Shown one piece after another: positions 11,084-24,120 of a stretch of 64,000 bases of DNA. The notes beneath the pieces were generated by a model. The model did no database searches. It was not told the origin of the DNA and saw only the letters and a list, made by a program, of their open reading frames with translations. Source of the stretch: an uncultured Actinomycetes bacterium (GTDB lineage: Bacteria; Actinomycetota; Thermoleophilia; Gaiellales; Gaiellaceae); NCBI GenBank assembly GCA_963814565.1, contig CAWFDO010000012.1, forward strand, positions 437 through 64,436, written 5' to 3'. A program made the translations under genes and the position numbers. How positions within the stretch are numbered: the stretch's first letter is position 1; every line of letters starts with the position of its first letter.

Positions 11084-11907
11084 GCGACAAAGACCTCGAC
11101 GCGTTCACGGCCTTCGAGGTCGCCGGCTGGGAACGTCAGGCCGCCACGTACGAGGCGAGCGTCGGCCGTGTCACTTCCAGGGTGATCGATCCACTCCTCG
11201 ACGCCGCGGGCGTCGTTGCCGGGAGCAGGGTTCTCGACGTGGCCACGGGGCCGGGCGAGATCGCCGCGCGGGCCGCAGCGCGTGGGGCGAAGGCGACGGG
11301 GTGCGACGTCGCCGAGGCGATGCTCGAGCGCGCGCGCGCGAAGCACCCGGGGATCGATTTTCGACAGGCCAATGCCGAGGAGCTCCCGTTCGAGGACGGG
11401 CGCTTCGACGCTGCCGTGGCCGGGTTCCTCCTCCTCCACCTGGCCCGCCCCGAGCGTGTCGCCGCCGAGCTCGCGCGCGTCCTTGCGGTCGGCGGCAGGG
11501 TTGCGGCCACGGTCTGGGACGCTCCCGAGCGCAACCGATACCTGGGCGTGATGTTCGACGCCATCGGCGAGTCCGGGGCGACGCCTCCTCCGGACCTCCC
11601 TGCCGGGCCGCCGTTCTTCCGCTTCGCGGACGAGAGCCTTTTCGCCCAGCTGCTCGAGGGCGCAGGCTTCGCGGACGTGACGGTCGCGGCCGTCGCCTTC
11701 GAGGAGCGTCTCGCGAGCTCAGGCGAGCTCTGGGAGGCGATCATGGCCGGCGGGGTGCGCACGCCACCCATGGTCCTCGGCCAGCCCGAGCCCGTTCAGC
11801 GCGAGATCCGCGCTCGCTTCGACGAGCTGCTGGAGAAGCATCGGGTCGACGGCGGCTACGACGTGCCGGTGTCCGTCAAGCTCGCTTCCGGCACAAAGGC
11901 GGGCTGA
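11080..11907 (+). CDS. Class I SAM-dependent methyltransferase
   Basis: RVLDVATGPG; ANAEELPFEDGRFDA; GTGA overlap with the LLM gene. Confidence 0.88.
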   Translation: MSDKDLDAFTAFEVAGWERQAATYEASVGRVTSRVIDPLLDAAGVVAGSRVLDVATGPGEIAARAAARGAKATGCDVAEAMLERARAKHPGIDFRQANAEELPFEDGRFDAAVAGFLLLHLARPERVAAELARVLAVGGRVAATVWDAPERNRYLGVMFDAIGESGATPPPDLPAGPPFFRFADESLFAQLLEGAGFADVTVAAVAFEERLASSGELWEAIMAGGVRTPPMVLGQPEPVQREIRARFDELLEKHRVDGGYDVPVSVKLASGTKAG

Positions 11908-12530
11908 TGGCGACGATCACGGTTCGTGGGCACGGAACCTCGTCGGCGCAGCCGGACGAGGTCGCCGTCGGTCTCACCGTCGAGGCGGTTCGTCCACGGG
12001 CGGCCGAGGCGTTCGCGGAAGCGTCGCGGCTCGCGACGGACGCCGCCTCGCTCTGTGACGAGCTCGGGGTCCCGGCGGGACGACGCACGACGTCGCGCAT
12101 CTCGCTCGCCGAGCACGGCGAGCACACCTCGGCGGGCTGGCAGCATCGCGGGTATCGCGCCACGAGCCGGATCGGGGCTCGGCTGGAGGACGCCGAGCTC
12201 GCGAGCCGGGTCGTCTCCGAGGCGGCGGAGCGCCTCGAGGCGAGGATCGACGGGCCCACCTGGCGCGTCGCGCACGACAACCCCGCGCACTCGGAGGCGC
12301 GCCGCCGTGCCGCGGCGGACGCGCGGTCGAAGGCGGAGGAGTACGCCGCGGCGCTCGGTGGCAGGATCGGCGCGATCGCGTCGGTCGTCGAGCCCGGCAC
12401 CGCCCCGCCGGGGCCGCCGCAGCCCCGCGCCTACGCCGTGCAGCAGGAGGTCTCGGGGATGCCGCTCGACGGCGGCGAGCACGAGGTCGTGGCGGAGATC
12501 GAGGTCACCTTCCGGCTGGAGCAGGGGTGA
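11907..12530 (+). CDS. SIMPL (DUF541/BP26) domain protein
   Basis: MATITVRGHGTSSAQPD..ARRRAAADARSKAEEYAAALG..GEHEVVAEIEVTF. Confidence 0.8.
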   Translation: MATITVRGHGTSSAQPDEVAVGLTVEAVRPRAAEAFAEASRLATDAASLCDELGVPAGRRTTSRISLAEHGEHTSAGWQHRGYRATSRIGARLEDAELASRVVSEAAERLEARIDGPTWRVAHDNPAHSEARRRAAADARSKAEEYAAALGGRIGAIASVVEPGTAPPGPPQPRAYAVQQEVSGMPLDGGEHEVVAEIEVTFRLEQG

Positions 12531-13763
12531 GCGCCCCGTCGATCGCCGTCGACCGCGACCGGCTCGTCGACACGGCGAGCCGGATGATCGGCGTCCCGAG
12601 CTTCACGGGCGACGAGCAGGGAATGGCCGAGCTGATGGCCTCGCTGTACGAGGACATGGGCCTGCGGTGCCAGTGGCAGCAGGTCGAGGACGGCCGCGCC
12701 AACGCGCTCGGGATCCTCGAGGGCGACGGCGGCGGCAAGAGCCTGATGCTCAACGGGCACATGGACACGTCGTACTCCGGGCGCGAGCCCTGGCTCCGCG
12801 ACGTTCCCGGGTTCCAGCCCGAGGCGTTCGTCCGCGACGGGCGGCTCTACGGCCTCGGGATCTCGAACATGAAGGGGGCGCTCGCCTGCTACGTCGAGGC
12901 CGTGCGCGCGCTCCGCGACGCCGGTGTCCGCCTCCGCGGCGACGTGCTCATCGCCGCCGTGTGCGGGGAGATCGAGAAGACGCAGCAGGGCGACGCAGTC
13001 GGAGCCGAGTACCGGGGCTATGCCGCCGGGTCGCGCTACCTCGTCTCCCACGGCGGCGTCGCCGACATGTGCCTGCTCGGCGAGCCCACGGAGGGCAAGG
13101 TGGTGCTCGGCCACTACGGCACCCTCTGGCTCCGGATCCGCGTCCACGGCGACTTCATCCACACCGCCTTCAGCGAGGGGCGCCGCGATCGGAACGCGAT
13201 CCTCCGGCAGCATCAGGTGCTGGCTGCGGTGGAGGAGTGGATCCCGACGTGGGAGGACGACCCGGCGAACGGGTACCGCGGAGCAAAGGCAATCGTCAAC
13301 GTCGGCGCCGTCGAGGGTGGCTTCGGCTGGCGCGTCTCGCGGACGCCGCACCACGCCGACCTCTTCCTCGACGTCCGGGTCCCGCCGACGAAGCCGATGG
13401 CGGTGGCGCGGCGCGAGGTGCTCGACATGGTGCGCGGACTCGCGGAGCGGTTCCCCGACTTCGGCGTGGAGGGCGAGGTGTACGTCACGGCCCCCGGGGC
13501 CGAGATCGACGAGGGGCACGAGCTCGTCACGGCGATCGACGGCGCGCACGAGGAGGTCTTCGGCGACGCCGCCCGGCCGCGACGTGACGCGGTGGTTCTC
13601 GGATGCCTCGGTCCTGACGCGCTACGGCATCCCGACGGTGAACTATGGAACCTCGACGGGCCTGATGGACGTCGAGCAGGGGGAGAACCTCGAGATCGAA
13701 GGCCTCGTGCGGACCGCGGAGGTCTACGCGAAGGTCGCCGTGCGCGTCTGCGGCGTGGCGTGA
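12527..13763 (+). CDS. M20 (ArgE/DapE-like) amidohydrolase with an altered metal site; frameshift near 13570
   Basis: LMLNGHMDT; LYGLGISNMKG; VCGEIEK; LLGEPT; C-terminus WFSDASVLTRYGIPTVNYG. Confidence 0.85.
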
Positions 13764-13777
13764 GGCCGCAAGTTACA

Positions 13778-13787
13778 AGTTGCAACT
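13778..13787. promoter_or_regulatory. AT-rich palindrome AGTTGCAACT upstream of the FAH gene; candidate operator
   Basis: AGTTACAAGTTGCAACTAG in a short AT-rich intergenic gap. Confidence 0.45.
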
Positions 13788-13844
13788 AGCTCGCACACGA
13801 CCGGGATGCTGCTACCGCTCCGTCCCACTGGAGGCTGAGAACCC

Positions 13845-14735
13845 GTGAAGCTCGTGACGTTCGGAGAAGGCGAGGGGCGGGTCGGAGTGCTCGACGGCGA
13901 GGAGATCGCCGTCCTCGACGTGCCGACGATGCGGGAGTACTTCGAGCGCGGCGGGGCGGACGAGACCGGCGAGCGCGTCGCGCTCGGCGAGACGCGGCTC
14001 CGGGCGCCGATCGTCCCGAAGAAGTTCTTCCACACCGCGGGGAACTTCCGCGAGCACGACGAGGAGTCGAAGAACGTCAACTGGTCGCACGTGATCGCGC
14101 CGTGGATCAACTTCTTCCAGAACGTCGACGCGATCGTGGGGCCGGACGAGCCCGTGATCTACCCCGAGCACCTGACCGAGGAGCTCGACTACGAGCTCGA
14201 GCTGGCAGTCGTGCTGCGCAAGCCGGGAAAGTGGTTCTCGCCGGAGGAGGCGATGGACTACGTCGGCGGCTACGTGATCTTCAACGACATCACCGCCCGC
14301 GACATCCAGCGCGGCGAGATGCGCTCGGGCGTGTTCAGCTTCTGCAAGGCGATCGACACCTTCTGCCCGCTCGGGCCGTGGATCGTGACGCCCGACGAGA
14401 TCGCCGATCCGCACGACCTGGCCATGCAGCTGCGGGTCAACGGGGAGGTGCGGCAGGAATCTCACTCCGGCCGGATGGCGGTGACGATCCCGGAGATCCT
14501 CTCGAACTTCTCGGGGCTCACGTACTCCGCCGGCGACGTGCTCTCGACCGGGACCGTGTCGGGCGTCGCCGGGTTCAAGTCGCCGGAGGAGCGCGCGCGC
14601 CTCTACCTCAAGCCGGGGGACGTGATCGAGGCGGAGATCGAGAGCATCGGCGTCCTCCGGAACCCCGTGATCTCCTGGCAGGACGGTCACGGTGCGCCTC
14701 CGCCCCCGCGGATCCGCCCCTGGGGCGATGCCTGA
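13845..14735 (+). CDS. Fumarylacetoacetate hydrolase family protein
   Basis: LDYELELAVV; FNDITARDIQ; KAIDTFCPLGPWIVT; GDVLSTGT. Confidence 0.92.
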   Translation: MKLVTFGEGEGRVGVLDGEEIAVLDVPTMREYFERGGADETGERVALGETRLRAPIVPKKFFHTAGNFREHDEESKNVNWSHVIAPWINFFQNVDAIVGPDEPVIYPEHLTEELDYELELAVVLRKPGKWFSPEEAMDYVGGYVIFNDITARDIQRGEMRSGVFSFCKAIDTFCPLGPWIVTPDEIADPHDLAMQLRVNGEVRQESHSGRMAVTIPEILSNFSGLTYSAGDVLSTGTVSGVAGFKSPEERARLYLKPGDVIEAEIESIGVLRNPVISWQDGHGAPPPPRIRPWGDA

Positions 14736-14843
14736 CGCGGGGGTTGTCCCCGTCGGGGCCCGCATCGACCCCGACCGGAGCTCCGCCGCGCAGCGCCTGC
14801 TGAGGAAGGTTGGCATGGCCGCCCGCGCCATGATGGGATCCGG

Positions 14844-15790
14844 GTGACGATGCAGGAGGAGGGTCACCGGACGCCGAGCGAGCACGCACGCGCGCTCGTG
14901 CACGGCGCGGTCGACTATCACGTCCACATTGCGCCCGACTTCGTCGCCCGGCGTATCACCGACGTCGAGTTGGCGCACCGATGCCTCGAGACGGGTCAGG
15001 CGGGGTTCGGCCTCAAGTCCCACTACTCGTCGACGGCCGAGCGCGCGCAGGTCGTCGCGGCCACTGTTCCCGGCGTTGTCGTCCTGGGGACGATCACCCT
15101 CAACCGCTCGGTCGGCGGCCTCAATGCACTCGCGGTGGAGGTCGCAGCCCGGCAGGGTGCCCGCATCGTGTGGTTCCCCACCGTCTCGGCCGTCAACGAG
15201 CAGGACGAGGTGCTGAAGGCGGGCGTGCACGAGAAGGTTCCCGTCTGGGTCGCTTTCGAGCTCTCTCTCCGGGAGGCGGGCCTCGCGTGTGACCCCGTGC
15301 CGGTTGTCGACGACCGAGGGGCGTTGTTGCCCGAGGCCCAGGAGGTGCTCGACGTCGTCGCGCGCAACGGCCTCGTCCTCTGTACGGGTCACCTCGGGCG
15401 CGACGAGGTCTTCGCGCTCGTCGAGGCGGCGGCAGAACGGGGAGTCACCGACATGGTGGTGACGCATCCGGAGTTTCCCTCGCAGTCGATCTCCCCCGAC
15501 GACCAGGTGACGCTTGCGGGCATGGGCGCGCTGATGGAGCGGGCGTTCACGACGCCCCACACCGGCAAGGCGTCATGGGAGAGCGTCTTCGAGGCGACCC
15601 GCGCCGTCGGGGCGGAGAGAACGGTGTGGGCGACCGACCTCGGCCAGACCTCCAACCCGCCCGTCGAGGACGGTCTGGCGCTGATGGCCGACTCCTTTCT
15701 CGCCGCCGGCTTCACGGACGACGAGATCCGGACGATGGCCGTCGCGAACACGCGACGCGTCGCGGGCCTCGACGTCGCGCAGGCGGTGTC

Positions 15791-15794
<4 letters not shown>
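14844..15794 (+). CDS. DUF6282-like metal-dependent amidohydrolase-fold protein
   Basis: DYHVHIAPD; GFGLKSH; IVWFPT; LCTGH; VVTHP; ATDLGQ. Confidence 0.7.
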
Positions 15795-18191
<2,397 letters not shown>

Positions 18192-18223
18192 GCGACCATC
18201 ACGCCGCCGGACCGGCGGTCACC

Positions 18224-18998
18224 TCAGCGCCGCCGCGTGCGCTCTTCGACGACGAGGGTGTCAAGCCACGCGGCCGCCGCCCGCGAGATCCGGGGCTCGA
18301 TTCCGAGCTCCTCGAGGTACGCCGCCGCGGCCTCCATCTCGTCGAGCCGCCGCTCGGCGTGCGTCAGCGTCCCCGACACGAGGCGCTCGAGGAGCGGCTC
18401 CCCGAGGACACCCGCGATCTCCCGCCGGAGCCAGTCTTCCGCTCCGCGCGTCTTCGCGCCCTCGATGCTCTCGAGCACGGCCGCGGCGAGCCCCTTCATG
18501 AACACGCTCCGGAGGAGCTTCAATCCCGCCGCGTCGCCCGGCTCGTCACCGACCACCTCGACCGGCATTCCGAGCGGCCGGACGAGGTCGGCGAAGCGGC
18601 CCTGCTCCGTCACCGGACGCGAGGGCCGGCGTCGCGATACCACGCCCGGGTACGGGGCCGAGGAGCGCCACGTCTGCGAAGCCCGCACCCGTCCGGGCGA
18701 TCACGGCCGCGACCGCGCGCTTCAGCGCGGGCGCGGTCGTGTTCAGATCGGCGTAGAGCTGTCGTGCAGCCAGGGCCGGCGCGACGCTCTCCGCGGCGTC
18801 GACTGCGTGGGCCCCGGTCGTGAGGCTGAGCACGAGGACGGCATCGGCCACCGCGTCGGCGGGGGTCGCCGTGCGCTCGACACCGGGCGGCGCAGCGACC
18901 GGGTCCCAGCCGCGCACCGCGCACCCCGCTGCAGCGAGACCGGACGCGATGGTGCCGCCCGCCTCACCGAGGCCGAGGACCGCCACCTCGAGCGTCAC
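18224..18998 (-). CDS. NAD(P)-dependent oxidoreductase, 6-phosphogluconate DH-like NAD domain + DUF1932; frameshift near 18610
   Basis: VAVLGLGEAG; YADLNT; LKLLRSVFMKGL; HAERRLDEMEAA. Confidence 0.8.
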
Positions 18999-19624
18999 GC
19001 CCGGCGCTGCCCCTCCACGAGCCGACGGAGGTCGTAGACGTCGTAGGACCGCTCACCCGCCGCGAACCTGGCCCGGAGCTCGCTCTCGCGCGCCTCGCGC
19101 TCGCGCGCCGCATGAACGACGTCGTCGACGTCGTCCGACTTGACCACGACGGCGCCGTCGGCGTCGAGGACGACCACGTCGCCGAGGGCAATCCGGGCGC
19201 CGCCGACGAGCACGGGTATGTCCAGAGCTCCCACGTGCTCCTTCGTCCCTCCCTGCGCGCGCACGTGTCGTGCCCAGATCGGGAGCCCGAGCTCGCGCAG
19301 CTCCTCCACGTCACGTATGGCGCCGTCCACCAGCATCGCCGCGACGCCCTGGTCGAGCGCCTGGGTCGCGAGCAGGTCGCCGACGAGGGCGACCGGAGTC
19401 GGGTCGGGCATCGTCAGCACGAGCACGTCGCCGGGCTCTGCGTGTGCCACCGCCGCGTGCACCATCAGGTTGTCGCCGTCGCCGCAGAGCGCCGTTCGCG
19501 CCCGGCCGGCGACCCGCGAGCCGGGAACGACCTGCACCAGCGGGAGGTCGACCAGCCCCGTCTTGCCCTGGGCCTCGTGCACCGTCGCGACGCCGAGCCG
19601 TGCGAGCTCCTCGAGCGGGGTCAC
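18995..19624 (-). CDS. galC: 4-carboxy-4-hydroxy-2-oxoadipate/HMG aldolase (RraA-like, GalC/LigK)
   Basis: LARLGVATVHEAQG; GDNLMVHAA; GDLLATQA; DGAIRD; DADGAVVV. Confidence 0.85.
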   Translation of the reverse strand: MTPLEELARLGVATVHEAQGKTGLVDLPLVQVVPGSRVAGRARTALCGDGDNLMVHAAVAHAEPGDVLVLTMPDPTPVALVGDLLATQALDQGVAAMLVDGAIRDVEELRELGLPIWARHVRAQGGTKEHVGALDIPVLVGGARIALGDVVVLDADGAVVVKSDDVDDVVHAAREREARESELRARFAAGERSYDVYDLRRLVEGQRRA

Positions 19625-20349
19625 AGCCCCTCGACCACCTGCGGGACCTCGCGCTGGAACGCCTCGGCAAACCGGACCTCGGCGCGGCCGGAGATCCGCC
19701 GCGCGTGATTGGCCCGATGCCCTGCCCGCTCGGTGTAGTACTGCCGGAGGTACTCCTGCGCGCCCATCACCTCCATGGCGGCGAGCTTCCGCTCCCAGAC
19801 CGGCGTGATGTCGAGGAACGTGGTCGGGACGAAGCCGCAGAGCTCCGGCTGATGCGGCTCGAAGAGCAGGAGCGCAGGCGGTGCGATCGTCCTGAAGTCG
19901 CTCGCGACACCCGCGCCGCTCGCGAGCTGTCGCGCCCGGATCATGGCGTCGGAGGCCACGCCGTGGTCGGGGTTGAAGGGGTCCTGGCGAGCGTGTCCAA
20001 GCACCACGTCCGGCTCGGTGTCGAGCATCAGCTCCGTCAGCTCGGCGATCGCCGCGGTGTCGATCTCGAGCGGGTAGTCGCCGCGGTCGAGGAAGACGAT
20101 CTCGGCGCCGAGGATTCCGGCGGCTGCCTCGGCTTCGGCGCGGCGGACGGCTTTGACGTTCTCGAGCGTCTGTCCCTCCTGCTTCCACAGCTCGCCGGAC
20201 TCGCCGCGCTCGCCGAACGAGAGCGAGACGACGGTCGCAGCTCCGCCGCTCGCCGTCACCGTGGCGATCGCGCCGGCGGCGCGCCACACGAAGTCCGCGG
20301 AGTGCGCGCTCACGACGAGAAGCCTCCGGGGCGCGACGGGCCTCGCCAT
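19621..20349 (-). CDS. galB: 4-oxalomesaconate hydratase (PIG-L family)
   Basis: LVVSAHSADFVWRA; LSFGERGESGELWK; DPFNPDH; FEPHQPELCGF. Confidence 0.85.
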   Translation of the reverse strand: MARPVAPRRLLVVSAHSADFVWRAAGAIATVTASGGAATVVSLSFGERGESGELWKQEGQTLENVKAVRRAEAEAAAGILGAEIVFLDRGDYPLEIDTAAIAELTELMLDTEPDVVLGHARQDPFNPDHGVASDAMIRARQLASGAGVASDFRTIAPPALLLFEPHQPELCGFVPTTFLDITPVWERKLAAMEVMGAQEYLRQYYTERAGHRANHARRISGRAEVRFAEAFQREVPQVVEGL

Positions 20350-20407
20350 CAGCCGACTGTACAAGAGCGATGGGCTGGGCTCCGTTGCGAGGGCGCCTCA
20401 TGGAGGT

Positions 20408-20437
20408 ATCCCGCATTCTCGAACACCGTATCGACAA
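20408..20437. promoter_or_regulatory. IclR(PcaR/PobR)-like box + -35 in the galB/ABC divergent region
   Basis: ATCCCGCATTCTCGAACACCGTATCGACAA; last 17 nt match 35445-35461 at 16/17. Confidence 0.55.
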
Positions 20438-20585
20438 GTCGACTCTCATCGGGTTACTCTCATCGCGTGACAGACCGAGCGGCCGGGGGTCCGACGAGGG
20501 GCGAGCATCATGGTTGTCGGACACCATCGGCGCGCCGGTCGGTCGAGCACGGATTGCGGTTCATGGACGGCCAACGAGGAAGGAG

Positions 20586-21830
20586 ATGTCCGTGAAGCGG
20601 TTCTGGTTGGTTGCGGCTGTCGGTGCCCTGGCGGCGCTCACGGCTTCACTGGGCGGGTCGATCGCCTACGGCGGGTCGAGCTCCGCGAACGCCGCCGCCC
20701 CGATCAAGATCGGTGCGATCACGCCGTTGACGGCGAACTTCGCGCCATGGGGCATTCAGGTGCGCGCCGGGATGGCACTTGCAGTGAACGAGATCAACAG
20801 GACGGGTGGCGTGAAAGGACGAGGGCAGGGGCGGAAGCTCAACCTCGTCGTCGCCGACGACCAGTCCACGAACACGAACGCAGCGATCGACGGCTTCCGG
20901 CGGCTGACCCAGCAGGAGGGCGTCGTCGCTATCGGAGGCATCATCGGCAGCCCCATCGGGCTGGCGACCTCGCGACTGGCCGAGGAGGCGAAGGTGCCGC
21001 TGTTCCTGGTCAAGTCGGGGAACAACGAGATCCTGACGCAGTCGTCGCGCTACACGTTCCGCACCTGCCTGCCCTCTGCCGCGATGGTCGCCCAGTCGGT
21101 CGTGCAGTTCGCGCAGCGTCGCTCGATCCAGAGCGTGGGCGTGATGATCGCCGACTACGCGTGGGGCCAGTCGTTCAAGTCGTCGCTCGAGGATGCGGCC
21201 AAGGCCACCCCCAACGTGAAGTTCAACGTCCAGGTCGCGCCGGTTCCGACGACCAACTTCACGCCGTATCTGCGCGCGTTCGGCGACGTGTCGTTGATCG
21301 TGGCGACGGGCCATCCGCCGGGGGCGCCGCTCGTCCTGGCACAGGCGGCACAGCTGGGCCTGAAGGCGCCGGTGCTGGGTGCCGACGGGCCGTGGTCGCT
21401 CACTGCGAAGAACGCTGCGGCGACGGCGTTCGGCCGCTACAGCGACTTCAAGTGCATGAATACGACGACCAACGCATACAAGACGCTCGCGAAGCGCTAC
21501 CTGCGGACGTTCCCGCAGAACGAGTTCTTCGAGGACGACGCGCTCGCCGGCTATGCGTACGTGAAGATCATCGCGCAGGCGATCCAGAACGTCGGGGCGA
21601 GCCCGCAGGCGATCGCGGCCTACGTCCACCGGACGACGTTCAACATCCCCGGGTACGCGTTCCCGCTCAGATGGACGGCGTGGGGTGAGCTCGATCGGCC
21701 CACGATCCAGTTCTCCGTCCTGACCAGGGGCGCTCCGCCCGAGGCCGGGCTGAACACCGCGTCTACCACCTTCTGGCCGAGGGTGCTCTACAGGACGCGG
21801 CCGCTGACCCCTTACCGTCCGCCGTCGTAG
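20586..21830 (+). CDS. ABC transporter substrate-binding protein (LivJ/HAAT family)
   Basis: Signal peptide; IKIGAITPLT..GMALAVNEINRTGGVKG..VVADDQS; RBS AGGAAGGAG. Confidence 0.88.
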   Translation: MSVKRFWLVAAVGALAALTASLGGSIAYGGSSSANAAAPIKIGAITPLTANFAPWGIQVRAGMALAVNEINRTGGVKGRGQGRKLNLVVADDQSTNTNAAIDGFRRLTQQEGVVAIGGIIGSPIGLATSRLAEEAKVPLFLVKSGNNEILTQSSRYTFRTCLPSAAMVAQSVVQFAQRRSIQSVGVMIADYAWGQSFKSSLEDAAKATPNVKFNVQVAPVPTTNFTPYLRAFGDVSLIVATGHPPGAPLVLAQAAQLGLKAPVLGADGPWSLTAKNAAATAFGRYSDFKCMNTTTNAYKTLAKRYLRTFPQNEFFEDDALAGYAYVKIIAQAIQNVGASPQAIAAYVHRTTFNIPGYAFPLRWTAWGELDRPTIQFSVLTRGAPPEAGLNTASTTFWPRVLYRTRPLTPYRPPS

Positions 21831-21842
21831 CCGGAGGTCGAG

Positions 21843-22577
21843 CTGCTTCTCGAGGTCGACGGCATAACAAAGCGCTTCGGCGGTCTCCCGGCCGTCGACG
21901 GCGTGTCATTCGGGATCGACGACGGCGACATCGTCGCCGTCGTCGGTCCGAACGGGGCCGGCAAGAGCACCCTCCTCAAGGTGATCGTCGGGCTCGAGCG
22001 GCCGACACGCGGCAGCGTCCTGCTCGGCGGCTCGAGGATCGACGGTCTCGCCGCGCATCGCGTCCGGCGCAAGGGGATCGCCATGGCCGCACAGCGGCCG
22101 CTCCCGTTCGGCTCGATGACGGTCCTCGAGAACGTCGCGCTCGGCGCGATGTTCGGCGTCGACCGCGGCGTCGTCGGCGAGCGAGACGCCCGGCGACGGG
22201 CGGCGGATGCGCTCGCCTTCGTCCAGCTGGAGGAGCGGGCCGACCAGCCGGTATCGAGCCTGAACCTCCATCAGCTCCGGTTTCTCGAAATGGCGAAGGC
22301 GCTCGCAGGCAAGCCCCGCGTCCTCTTGCTCGACGAGGTGATGGCCGGGCTCAACGACTCCGAGGTCGCCACCTCCGTCCAGATCGTCCGCAACGTCCGC
22401 GACGAGCTCGGCGTCGCGATCCTCTGGGTCGAGCACGTGATGAGCGCCGTCATGCAGCTCGCCGAGCGCGCGATCGTCCTCAACTTCGGCCGACTGCTGG
22501 CGGAGGGCGTGCCCGAGGTCGTGATGCGGGACCCGCAGGTCGTCGACGCGTACCTCGGGCAGGCGCGCGTTGCTTGA
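21843..22577 (+). CDS. ABC ATP-binding protein (LivG-like); probable CTG start
   Basis: LLEVDGITKRFGGLPAVDGVSF; GPNGAGKST; LLDEVMAGL; GGAGG upstream of CTG 21843. Confidence 0.88.
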   Translation: MLLEVDGITKRFGGLPAVDGVSFGIDDGDIVAVVGPNGAGKSTLLKVIVGLERPTRGSVLLGGSRIDGLAAHRVRRKGIAMAAQRPLPFGSMTVLENVALGAMFGVDRGVVGERDARRRAADALAFVQLEERADQPVSSLNLHQLRFLEMAKALAGKPRVLLLDEVMAGLNDSEVATSVQIVRNVRDELGVAILWVEHVMSAVMQLAERAIVLNFGRLLAEGVPEVVMRDPQVVDAYLGQARVA

Positions 22578-23268
22578 GGTCGTCGGGCTGGCGGCCGGCT
22601 ACCTCGGCGAGCGTGTCATCGACGACATCGACGTCGAGGTTCGCACCGGTGAGGCGGTCGCGATCGTGGGCTCGAACGGTGCGGGGAAGACGACGCTCTT
22701 CCGGGCGATCGCCGGGCTGCTCCCGGCGATGGAGGGCCGGGTCCTGTTCGACGGGAAGGATCTGACCCGTCGTCCCGCCCATCGCATCTCGCGTGACGGA
22801 ATCGCCTACGTCCCGGCCGAGCGGCACCTGTTCCCGGCAATGACCCTGAAGAGCAATCTCGTCCTGGGCGCATACCCGAAGCGGCCCGATCGCGCGACGT
22901 TCGAGCTCGTGTACGACCTCTTCCCCCGCTTGAAGGAGCGTCAGCGACAGCAGGCGGGCACCCTGAGCGGCGGTGAGCAGCAGATGCTGGCCGTCGCCCG
23001 CGCGCTCATGGCGCGGCCGCGGCTCCTCATGCTCGACGAGCCGACCACCGGGCTCGCTCCGAAGATCGCGCAGATCGCGTTCGAGGCGCTCGAGGGGCTC
23101 AAGAGCGACGGCATGACGCTCTTGATCGCGGAGCAGCAGGTGCCGCTCGCCCTGTCCGTGGCCGACCGCGGCTACGTGCTCGAGAACGGTCGCATCCGCC
23201 TCAGCGGGACGTCGGAGGAGCTCGACCAGAACCCGGACGTCCGACGCGCGTACCTGGGTGTGGCGTGA
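22570..23268 (+). CDS. ABC ATP-binding protein (LivF-like)
   Basis: GSNGAGKTT; LSGGEQQMLA; LDEPTTGLAP. Confidence 0.92.
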   Translation: MLEVVGLAAGYLGERVIDDIDVEVRTGEAVAIVGSNGAGKTTLFRAIAGLLPAMEGRVLFDGKDLTRRPAHRISRDGIAYVPAERHLFPAMTLKSNLVLGAYPKRPDRATFELVYDLFPRLKERQRQQAGTLSGGEQQMLAVARALMARPRLLMLDEPTTGLAPKIAQIAFEALEGLKSDGMTLLIAEQQVPLALSVADRGYVLENGRIRLSGTSEELDQNPDVRRAYLGVA

Positions 23269-24116
23269 CTGCGGTCGTCCTCGACGGGATCGTGCTCGGG
23301 CTCGCGTTCGGCCTGCTCGGCGTCGGGATGACGCTGGTCTACGGCCTCGGCGGCGTCCTCAACCTCGCCTACGGCCAGATGGTCGTCCTCGCCGCGATCG
23401 TCGTCATGCTCGTCATGGACGACGGCGTTGCCACGGTCCTGGCGGCCGCCGTCGGCGTGCTCGCGGTGGCCGGCGTCGCCGTCCTGCTCGATCTGACCCT
23501 GATGCGCGCGGTCTACCGCGAGCACGGCGAGGAGCGAACCCTGCTGGGACTGCTGCTGACGCTCGGGGTCGCCTTCGTCATCGCGGGCGTGCTCACCTGG
23601 CGCTACCCGTCGGGCGCGCTGTACATCTACATCGACGGCGATCCGGTCTCGATCCTCGGCGTGCCCATGGCGGTGGGGAGCATCTGGGCCTCCGTGATCG
23701 CACTGCTCGTCGCGGCGGTGCTCCTGCTGTTCTTCGGGCTGACGACCTTCGGGCGCGGGGTCCGGTCGATCATCCAGGACGAGACCGGCGCACGGCTGGT
23801 CGGCATCAACCCCGCGTTCGTCCGGACGGTGATCTTCGCACTGAGCGGCGCGCTCGCTGGGATCGTCGCGATCACCCAGTCGATGAGCGGCCCGCTGACG
23901 GTCAACGCCGGATTCGAGCTCACGACCTTCGCGCTGATCGTCACCGTCGTCGGTGGTCTCGGCAGCGTCGCGGGAGCCTTTCTCGCGGGCATTCTCCTCG
24001 GCGTCGTGAACACGCTGAGCGCCCACTACATCGGGCAATACATCACGACGATCATCCTGCTCGGCGCCGCCGCCCTCACGATCCTCATCCGGCCACGCGG
24101 ATTGCTCGGGCGCTAG
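23265..24116 (+). CDS. ABC permease (LivH-like)
   Basis: GMTLVYGLGGVLNLAYG; multiple TM helices; ILIRPRGLLG. Confidence 0.9.
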   Translation: MTAVVLDGIVLGLAFGLLGVGMTLVYGLGGVLNLAYGQMVVLAAIVVMLVMDDGVATVLAAAVGVLAVAGVAVLLDLTLMRAVYREHGEERTLLGLLLTLGVAFVIAGVLTWRYPSGALYIYIDGDPVSILGVPMAVGSIWASVIALLVAAVLLLFFGLTTFGRGVRSIIQDETGARLVGINPAFVRTVIFALSGALAGIVAITQSMSGPLTVNAGFELTTFALIVTVVGGLGSVAGAFLAGILLGVVNTLSAHYIGQYITTIILLGAAALTILIRPRGLLGR

Positions 24117-24120
24117 GCGA

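Noticed and set aside
10048-11907. 619-aa LLM-methyltransferase fusion in the ORF track
   Set aside because: Created by a frameshift near 10797; the true LLM C-terminus ends at 11083 with a GTGA overlap
20440-20585. Riboswitch in the long SBP leaders (also 32410-32550)
   Set aside because: Only generic GC hairpins; no recognisable aptamer consensus; an Rfam/Infernal search would be needed
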